From assembly GCA_040954595.2 (NCBI GenBank), contig CM082580.2:4764783-4828782 (forward strand): a DNA stretch of 64,000 bases, written 5' to 3'. The notes beneath the pieces were generated by a model. That model searched no databases. It was not told the origin of the DNA and saw only the letters and a list, made by a program, of their open reading frames with translations. The stretch is from Balanoglossus misakiensis. Its lineage: Eukaryota; Animalia; Hemichordata. Of the stretch, positions 35,801 through 45,138 are shown in pieces (the stretch's first letter is position 1; the number at the start of each line of letters is the position of its first letter). The position numbers were made by a program, and so were the translations under genes.

Positions 35801-38800
35801 ATTAATATTGTACAAGCACTACATGGGCAAGTACACAGTTGGAAGATATTCATCAACTGTGGATGACCACATACAATGTACACTGTATGAGATGACAGCA
35901 ACAGGTGACTGATACTACACTGAGAGCATGCAAGAAAACTTGATGTACGGTACCAATCAATCCGTCAAAACAAACGCTAACCTTCTTCTGGTGGTCCAAG
36001 AATGTCTACGTCTCTAAGCTTCATTGTGTAGTATTGGGAGCAAACGCTAAGCTTCTAAGTGACATCGCAGAGTTCTTGGAAAGTATCAGGTGACTAGCAA
36101 TGGAGGAGACACGCATCCATGATCAAACTACACGAAGAAGTAACTTTTAACACAGTCCCAACTTGTTGCATGTAATGCATCGTTCTTCTTACTCAGTGTA
36201 CACTACACACTGTATGTACAGCAACAGGATACCACAGCAATCAATACAGTTTACAATTACCAAAAAACCTACACATTGCATAATTTGAATACTTTCTATT
36301 TGCATTGTTCTGCCATTTAGACAACCAAACATGCAATCAATAGACTTTACAACAGTCGGGCTGTTCAGTTATTGTTTCAACATGAGTGATGAAACAGCTG
36401 TGGCCTGCCATCTGTAGTCAGGTGTTCCTTACAAATTGTACATGAGTAGAGATCAGAACCAAGTTTCCAACTGGGCCAGCTCTGGGCTAACCCAAGAGGC
36501 AAGCCTATGCTAGCAAATTTAGCACCTTATTTTCATATCTCATTAGTAGATTCAAAAGCACATGGCATACACACAGGAACCATTGAAACATTTCTAAATA
36601 GTTTCTGCTCAAATACTGGCGTAAAATATTACGTGTGGAATCGTTTAAGTGGTCCTGGAACGTTTCAGATTTTAGACGGTTTTGCCAGACCGACCAAGGC
36701 ATATGAGTGAACCACATGTAAATGAAATTGCTGTCCAGACTTGAATTCAGTCCCTGTCAATCACAATGCACATTTGCAGGTTGTAAGGATTTGTGTTGCA
36801 GGGGCTCTGACACAATTTACAGGGCTCGAAAATGGTACATGTACATGTACTTGATGGACAAACAAAAAATATTGCAAAAAAATTATCAGAGTTACAATTA
36901 TGCTATTAGTATTATATGGCAAGGACTTTGTAATGAGAATGCATCATTTAATGAGCACTTAAAATACTACACGAGTACCAGCGAATGCAATATGTGTACA
37001 TTTAAAATATGCAAATTGACAGTTATATGCCTAAATTATTGGTATTTACATTGATGAGAACTCTGCAATAGCAAAGTGTAGAAAGTTCACATGAAACAGT
37101 GTATGGTAATATACATGTGTTGTGTATCAATATGTAGTCTGACAGTTCTGAGCAAAATTGTTGTACTGTCTTCAAAAAACATTACAAGGAATTTTATTCA
37201 GTCAGCAACATCCCTCAAAACCAAAAAAAAAAATAGCATCACGCTGCTACAAGGACTTGCTCTCCGAAAATAGTCACCAGGGAGATGGTAGTCGAGCCAA
37301 CGACCCATGCGAGCAGACGACCCACCCTGCTTCATAACAAATCTATGCTTGCATACAACAATGCATCCAGTCTTTACCAGTGCCACAACAAGGCACCAAA
37401 TATCAAGCGATTATCTTACCAGTAAATACAGTAAGCTCAAAATTTAGTCTTTATAATCTACATGGCAAGTGAAACACAATTTGGCCAAAGTTCAAAAGAC
37501 GAGCCGCCATGCTAAATAAAACCCCTGCACACCCAGATGTGTTGCCTAAAATAGACTTCAGTTTATAGTCTATAATAAAATACTAGTACCTGAAATAAAC
37601 CAAGCTACAATGTAGGCTTGGCTACAATGATTTACCATATACATTTATTTCAAAGTTAGTTTGTTGTTGGTCTGTGTTTTTCACCTGTTTCCTACATGTA
37701 CACGTGTACTTTCTTCCATTCTGAATACCTGAATACCTGTTGAATGTTTCTTTGTGAGTAAAAAGCAACTTGGTAAATGTATATGTACATGTATGTTCAA
37801 AGAGTGGCACACGTCTCAGTGTACAACTTCAAGTAAAGAACAGTGTCTTTTTTTACTAAAGTTGGTGAACATTGATAAAAGACTGGAAACCCTAGTGACA
37901 CTGCCCCGCCCCCTCTCCCAATACCGTCCGACTGCACTGAAATGTCCAGTGAAACTTTGATCAGAATTTACCCTGAGGTTATTGCTCTGACAAAATCATA
38001 AACCACACATCTATTTTGTTTCTATAGTAGCATCGTGAAGCAGAAGTAAAGTTCTCACTCACAAGAATGTTACCCTTCACAAAAAAACACCGAAGACAAT
38101 TTTCAACACCATAACCCCCTCCCCTTGAAAAATCACAAATCCCTAACATTTCCGCAAGATTCCATCCAGTACTTCAAACCTTGAACCCAGCATGGATTAA
38201 AAATTGAATCACTTTTGATAACTCAACCATTCAATCAATAATCTCATCTCTGACCGTTCATTCCTGATTCACAATTCGAAATGGTTGAGCGAAAAAATAA
38301 TATTCCACCCAATATTATTTTTAGAGTATTTACAGGTAACCTCTTGCACCTGTTGCATCCCATGAGAGCCGCCAAAGCCCTTCACTGACAGCTACTTTAT
38401 TCTTTCCGCGTATTTTTAGCGTCAAAGGATTATGCATGCGTAATATAAAAACGTTCTCACAGTTACCTTTAAATCTGACAGTTTTCAGATGATGCAGATT
38501 GCTCTTCATCGTGACCTTGAATGACCAGACAGTTCACAGCGCATCAATTCTTCCACCAAATCACAACAGCGTATATCTCACAGATGTGCACAGAGAACTG
38601 TACATGTGAACATCCAACTATTCCAGTAGCCACCTACAATGTATGTTGTTTGCTATACAATGTATATGTACTGGTATATCTATTCCGTTAAAATCCAAAG
38701 TGATTCTGAATGAACTGTTCTCCGCGCTGCAATATTCCAATTTCCTAATTTTCCGCATGGATTTACTCTCCGGAGATACGTTTCCAGTGCCACTGGTTGC

Positions 38801-41800
38801 AATATTGGGAAGCAATTCCACAAAGTCTATGATCACAAAAACCAAAAATGTACATATGCTAAATTTATGTAAACGCCTATCTGACTATACAATACTTCAA
38901 TTACTTTACTAATTGTACGACAACACCAGCTACAGTACGTACTTTCCGCGTGTGAAAAAAAAAATTGCTGGTACTTGCCAAAAATAAATTGTACAATTTC
39001 GACAAAAAGGTATTCACGAAATTCAATGTCAGACCAACGATTCAGTTGCAATGATCTTGAAACAGTAAACTATACAAATAGATCATATCGGTCACACTGT
39101 GGCCTTGCTGTTAGAATTTTCCACAACAGTCGATTGAGATCAACAGGGTTTATAGCTGGTGTTTCACAATTGAGTCTGAGAAACTTTCTACAGTAATACC
39201 AATCTCTAGATCTCCTACACTGGTAGTGAAAAATATGTGATGTAACTTATCTACTGAAGACCCAGTCTACAACAAAATACAAACATTCCTCCAAGTTGTC
39301 TCATTCACTTCCAAAGTAGTGTCAACTTCTCTCGCAGTAATCACAAGGTATTTTCATCTCATGTCAAAGTGATGATAGCAATCTCAGAGTGTTAAACAAC
39401 ACGGCATAGTTGACCTCTGTTGTATCCCAGTTTAGTTAACACATCACAAATAAAACTTAGAATCCGGAATCCTCACCAGTCGGAAAGTTATCTCACTTCG
39501 ACTACCATAACTCTGGTAATCCTGAATCATAAAACCTTTTTTTTTCACACACTAGTTATGTTTCCAACATCTGTGTCGCTATTCCGGAACCACTACACAC
39601 TTTTCCCTTTCCTGCAGTGTTTGCAATCCGGTTGTAACTTGTTGTAAGAAGATGATCAGACACAATTTCACACGTAAAACAATATAATCCACGGAAGTTT
39701 GACAACCGTTAAACAAGTCCATATGTTTTCCCGGAAAATAACCATGCTTGGAAAACAGCCACTGGGGGAAATCCTGAAGTGTTACCCGGAACTGCATGTG
39801 TCACACATCGCCGGAATATATCTGTTGTATTTGTTGTATTTTGCGCCGGATCAAAGTGTGTAATATCAATAAAAATTGCTACCGCTGCATTGGTAGAACT
39901 GCGTGTCTGCAGGGGGTCTGATCTCCACGCAAGCTGTGTGGTAATTGTAAAGGTATCTTTTTACTAATGAGATGCCCCGGACACTGAATATGTATGTACA
40001 AACTGCCAGCATAAATTAATACTCATGTTCATTTCATCTTTAATACCCAGAATCCCTCACACACTCTGAGTACATAAATCACACTCATTTGACGGACCAT
40101 CGATTGTAAGTCCCGAAATAGTTTACGTGCAATGCAATCATCTATTTTGCTGAGAAATTTTAACAACACAATTTGCTGTTTAGGTGTAGAATTTTAACTA
40201 TAAATAGATTATATCAGCGATAAGCATGTATTACAACTGTAATTGCAAACCCAATTGAATTAAATATAATAACACATTCATTAAAATTTCATTCATAATA
40301 GAATTTTTTTTTTCTAAAGCGTTTCAAACATCAAATTTATTTTCAAGCAAGAATCCACTAAACATTTCATAATTTATTAACCTGGCCATTTCAGACCGAT
40401 ATCCATGTTTTGGGGTTTGATGGAGTCTGTGGCTGCCACGTTTTCAATATGACTCCAGCTGTTACACCACTGGGCCATTCACTGTACCGCGCACGCAATT
40501 TCATTGGTTGGCGTTCACAATTGGCCCTATTACTGTGATCAGGCGATGACCTACATGTATGCAAAACCAAAAAACAATTTCAAAAACCCGTTTTTGTGTA
40601 AATATTAAGTCTAAAGAGTATCAGAGAGCGGGAAATCCGATCAACAAAACCCTGTTTGCCGATACCGCCAGCAAATTTTACAGTGTCATCAACGACATAC
40701 AATGGTGTACTGTAGAATGAGACAATAGACTGTGTGGTTGGAATTCTCTACATCAGACAGGGACAGCAAGCATATGCATGTATACATCCTTGCACAATTG
40801 CTGTGATGTGAAGAACCATATGTTTAAAGAAATTCAAACATGTACACTGATGGCAAACTGCACGTAACACACAAATTAAAACACAACATTTTCAGCAAAA
40901 AAATATCTGGCATACTTTAATACCAGGATTTCTTTTGCAGACACTTTCAATAAATTTCACCTCATTTATAAATTAACAACTTTATGATGCCCTGAATATG
41001 CAAATAAGTTTTGTAAATTTATAGTAACAGCCTTGAAGCCATTATCGGCAGGGCTGTGAAGTTGCTATTTGCAGATGTTCCCAATAAATAATAAAATGCA
41101 CATATTGTACTATTCATATTTACAAATTGTATACACAGGTGTCACAGCAGAAAAGGCTGGGTTGATAGCTAGACTTTGACTCCTGCAGACCTGCTGAACT
41201 TGACATGAAAGTTTACATAAACACCATCTGACTGGAAAACATGCGAGCCTCAACAGGAGGGGAGGTGTCCCCCCTTTTGCCAGATGTTTTTATTTGGGGG
41301 GGGGGGATTTAGATCTGGCAAGGGGACTGTAATTATATATCATATGTCCAATGTGGTGTGACCCCCCCCCCCCCCCCCCCCGACAAATTGCTGGGGGTGC
41401 CATCAGGGGGGACTAACACCCCCCCCCCTCCTCCCCATCCAGATGAAACACTCCCTGATACATGTACAGTATGTAACTTAGTGACCTTTAGTGTGTTTGT
41501 TTGCCTTGGGTTGAGTTTTGTTTACTGCTCACGAAACCACTTTACCTTGCAAACGCCCTCTATCGCTACAAATGTTCAGGCAGTTTGTTGACATAGTCGA
41601 GAATAATTGACAAGGACCTGGCGACACACAAGCCACAAACAACACAGAGAATAGTTTGGGATTTTGATGAAAATCATTGATACATGTATTAACTGTTGTT
41701 CGAATTTAGAAATTTCTCAGCAAATAATTACACCAGCCCACTCTAAGTTTATGATGTAAAAGAAACCATATCCAATTATGAATTGAGCGATACATGTACA

Positions 41801-43468
41801 TTTTAATTAAACCGGTCAACCGGTACATCTACAGTGTAATAACATTATATTGGTACATACATCCCTTGGCCTCGCTTTTGTTCCCACCTTGGTTTAGAAT
41901 TCATTCTCATTTCCAGATACATACATGTACTGAACGATTCAAACACAGAAAATCGTCCTGGAAAATAGCCAGTGAGATGTTCTACTAATACCACACAATA
42001 GCAGTTTACATTTATGTACACATAATCTATATTTACAGTACTTTGCTTTTTTATTATCATTCAATTGATACAAATAACTGTACATGGCCGTATCGACATA
42101 TTGCAGGTCATTCAAGGTCAAGGTCATTTACAAATGGCAATCAAGGTTGGGAAATTACTACTTTGGCTTGTATGTCAACAAACATTTTCAGTGAAATTTA
42201 CAATATTGTAACACTTTATGTGTCATAATAAAGACTGACTAGAATACATTTACAGTATAATGTTTATCACATACACATACATGTACGGTACTACATTGTA
42301 TTCACATCGCTCCTGTCCATCATGTTGTGCAGTTAATCATGTTTGATAATGACAAGCAGCAGAAATTTAGTTGCCTGAGTGACAGACTACAATAACTGTT
42401 CTGTACTACGCAGTGTGCTCTCAAATAAGTATGGTTTTAAAAGCTTTGACATAGTCAATCAATAGCAGAATTTCCAGGAATTTACATGTTATCTGTAACT
42501 AATATTGATAATTTTCTTGCGTCACCAGTGAAATTGAGTCAGTGGTGTGTCATATTGGCTTAGAGGGCAGACAAGCTCTGCTGGAGATCTGATATCCTAC
42601 ATCCTTACCTATACTCTACGTGTGTACATGAATGAAGCCCCGTGATATCCTTGTTGATAAGACTTACATGTACTAGTCAGTTTCAATGAAACGGAGATAA
42701 CTGTATGGATTCTATCTGAATCACTTTGATCACCATGGTGATACACTGGGTGGTCTATAGCATCATCTGTCTCCATAGTGACAACTGAATGACCGAAATT
42801 TAATTACATTGTACACGTACATGCAAAGGTTGCAATATATTATATTTATACAGATTTAGATGAAATTGTATATAAAGAAATTTGACGGCAAAAAAATTAC
42901 TAGTAGTAGTAGTCAAGTAATATCATCATTAAATTATTTGTTTTATTTTATCACACCAACCAACTCCAAGCTATTACAAGCTCTAGCAATATGGTGAATT
43001 TGAAATGGATATGCTCAGCTATACAACAGTCGAGGAAATTTTATCTTATACCCATTAAAATGTTGGGGCAAGACCCTTTCATTTAAAATAAATTATGGCC
43101 TGAGTGTAATACTTGTTCAGAATTGGCCATCGAGGTCTGTTATATTACAAGCCTTTGATGCAATCATGTTATTTTTACAATGAATGGTATGATGACTATG
43201 TCTGGGAATGTGATAAACTCATATGACCTTTAGTTCATGGTAAACTATATACTCTCCAAGGAATGTACCGAACATTTGTCATATGGCATTCTATGAGATA
43301 TTGTTGGTTCCTACTTACACAACAATAGGTCAAAGTTCAAACTGTAACAAGAACAGATCACTCTAAGAAATAAAACACAACTTGTCAGATAATATACCCA
43401 TCAATGCAGACACAGAATTACCGATACATTGTATTCATTCTTTGTACATGTATTTCACTTTATTTACC

Positions 43469-43527
<59 letters not shown>

Positions 43528-43657
43528 GTGTTCTCCCCAGGGATTTCTGATACTGAATTGGCTAATTTACATAACAAAATATTTAATTGTTATGTCTCTA
43601 TTGTTTTCCCCACGTTAAAGGGTATCGGCCGATCCTTTTCATATCTGGGGAGAACAC

Positions 43658-43736
<79 letters not shown>

Positions 43737-44357
43737 CGACGACACCGACTACCATTATGCCACAGGTGGTGTAACAAAGTTTTTTGTTCCATTAACAAGT
43801 TCCATTTCATAGACTAACTGGGTCGTTTTGTGGACATGTACATATATTTTTAAAATCAAAATTCCCCTACAGAAAATATATTACCGGTACCATTAATTAT
43901 GTTCGTGTTTTCATGGGTCCTGTATAGTAGCAGTATTACAGTACTACTCGGCCGTGCAACACACAAACCAAGGCAAAAACCTCGAGCTACTGAACTGTAG
44001 CTACATGTGTGTACAATGGTCCATGAACCCATGCTGAACCAGTGCAGCTGTTCAGCACTTCCTCACACACTGTCTCTCTGTACAATGTAAAGGTTGCTCA
44101 CAGTTATTAGCCAGCTCAGTTATGTTACTATGTAATGGGCAGCTGCAGTACCTCGATAGATCGAGGTTCTCCTGGTGCTTGGGGTAGGACGACAAACCTA
44201 TCCAAGCACTAACACCAAGCAGAACCCCCGAGCTTCGGTCATGCAACAACATAAACAACATCACAAACATGACGATGGATGTAGTGGATTGTGATGGACT
44301 ATCCATGTTCATGAGTGTACGACGATCCTTACCGTCTATGTCAGCTCCTCGCCGCAT
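17820..44357 (-). CDS. SEC14/CRAL-TRIO and spectrin-repeat containing protein (Trio/kalirin/SESTD1-type N-terminus) with long low-complexity region and C-terminal coiled coil, about 1552 aa
   Basis: Exons (minus): 44357-44333 (tentative first), 33460-33380, 31673-31562, 31428-31329, 30848-30708, 29905-29789, 29591-29431, 29160-28911, 28599-28474, 27889-27698, 27307-27063, 26373-24119, 22530-22437, 20695-20572, 18455-17820. All GT-AG and phase-consistent, 4659 nt. Motifs LAIMTGGRDQDGKPIITIP, GFGFVVDFSR and YVDKSNLTQDLGGYMNYDHQAWVKFRKVFE match the SEC14-like domain of Trio-family proteins. LIDWINNKGIVYL...IPDSLSRSEILKHHFE is spectrin-repeat-like. The first exon is less certain than 17820-33460. 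Confidence 0.85.
19812..20002. mobile_element. Tc1/mariner-type MITE copy
   Basis: CTGTTAAACGGGAAATTTTC...GAAAATTTCCCGTTTTACAG-TA. Interior is collinear with 21909-22112 (GACAGGAAATTTT, ATATCAAAAGAG.CAACTGTT). Confidence 0.75.
21909..22112. mobile_element. Tc1/mariner-type MITE (TA target)
   Basis: TA-CTGTAAAACGG...CCGTTTTACAG-TA, with internal repeated TTTTCGCG motifs. Homologous copies at 19812-20002 and 52980-53186. Confidence 0.8.
22734..22819. mobile_element. About 85-bp piggyBac-like MITE copy
   Basis: CCCTTTCACCCCCAG...CCATAGAAAACAATGGGTTTGGACTGAACCATGGTGGTGGAAAGGG-TTAA, near-identical core to 54572-54655. Confidence 0.78.
24119..26373 (-). CDS. 2255-nt internal exon of the SEC14-spectrin gene encoding an acidic/basic then Q/N/S/P/Y-rich low-complexity region
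   Basis: Corresponds to ORF 24078..26333 (751 aa). CAG acceptor at 26374-26376, GTAAGT donor at 24118-24113, and phases fit both flanking exons. Visibly GC/CpG-rich compared with the introns. Confidence 0.88.
26804..26965. mobile_element. pogo/Tigger-like MITE (TA target)
   Basis: TA-CCGTCAAACCTGT...ACAGATTTGACTG-TA, with internal repeats of TATAGA(C)AGGTG. Confidence 0.65.
27389..27595. mobile_element. Internally deleted copy of the 15184-15530 MITE family
   Basis: TTAA-AGGGACAA...TTGTCCCT-TTAA. One full arm and the centre are retained, while most of the second arm is missing. Confidence 0.8.
27600..27685. mobile_element. About 85-bp piggyBac-like MITE copy (reverse orientation)
   Basis: Reverse complement of the same family. 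TTAA at 27596-27599 (shared with the adjacent Kolobok-like MITE) and at 27686-27689. Confidence 0.72.
31793..31942. repeat. Degenerate (CTGT/CT)n repeat
   Basis: Directly visible; abuts the hairpin element at 31970. Confidence 0.85.
31970..32282. mobile_element. Bipartite inverted-repeat/hairpin element (possibly non-autonomous Crypton-like)
   Basis: 24-bp IR (23/24 match) at 31970-31993 and 32117-32140, directly abutting a 143-bp hairpin at 32140-32282 with loop TCGCTATCGCTC. Confidence 0.65.
43470..43526. repeat. (ATC)n microsatellite
   Basis: About 19 perfect units. Confidence 0.95.
43658..43743. repeat. (ATG/GAT)n microsatellite
   Basis: About 26 perfect units followed by GAC units; reverse complement of the tract at 43470-43526. 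Confidence 0.95.
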
Positions 44358-45138
44358 TTTCAACGTCCTTTGTCCTCCGACTTCCTCAGTTTATTCGAAA
44401 TACGAGACGCTATCAAATTTTATGGATGAGGTCGTCCGATTTTTGAACAGGTCTGTGCATCCGCGCCATCTTCGTTGACAATAGACGCCATGTTGTTAGG
44501 ACGATACCAATCGCCCTTGGGTGTACCCAAATTTGTAGAGAATAATTGATATAAAAATTATGTGGTATTATTTCATTTCATGCATCCGAAATAAATTTAA
44601 CGCTGTCTTTAGTGATCCGTGATAACATAGTAACGAGAATATGTAGACATTGACTTTTAATAAACTTGACTCGGCAGGGGAGACACATCCTGATCTAACC
44701 AACTGCACACATAATGGTTTATGCCTCCAAAATAACAAAAAACGAAAGGTTAAAATTAAACGACACTTTGGTCTACTGGTGGCGGTGTAAGCATGTCACA
44801 AGGGATGGGATCGATGCGATCTGTAGTTGTGTTACTATATTTACTTTATAATTGGCTAAATATACACAACATTACTAATATGTAGTAATTTCTACGTTCT
44901 GATCAGGTGTGCTGCGTTATCGGTTAGTGTACGTAACACCTTGTAACCATCCGGCTGGGGATGAAGGTCATCTGAGGTCACGTTCGCATTGTACGACGGG
45001 AAAACAAAATGGCTGCTTACATGGTTCATACACTCTTTCAAAACAAAGCCGAAAGTTGTGTAATTGCTTACGTCTAAGCGGTCTTGTGAATCAATTAGCA
45101 ATTGATTGCACGAAGACAGGTCTTTCGGTGAACGCAAC
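44358..45138. promoter_or_regulatory. Putative bidirectional promoter between the SEC14-spectrin gene and USP40
   Basis: CpG-enriched patches at both ends. YY1-type CGCCATCTT (44464-44472) and CGCCATGTT (44486-44494) face the minus gene, and CAAAATGGCTGC (45005-45016) faces USP40. CCAAT at 44507-44511 and ATTGG at 44851-44855. Confidence 0.6.

Noticed and set aside
38230-38363. Short minus-strand ORF starting MGCNRCKR (acylation-like N-terminus)
   Set aside because: No convincing phase-1 donor to join it to the SEC14 gene; likely chance.
41250-41457. G/C-tract cluster bounded by CAGG...CCCTG
   Set aside because: Probably an eroded MITE, but no clean TIR or TSD could be defined.
43382-43812. 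Poly-His, poly-Ser and poly-Asp ORFs
   Set aside because: These are frames of the two trinucleotide tracts, with no splice-phase link to any gene.
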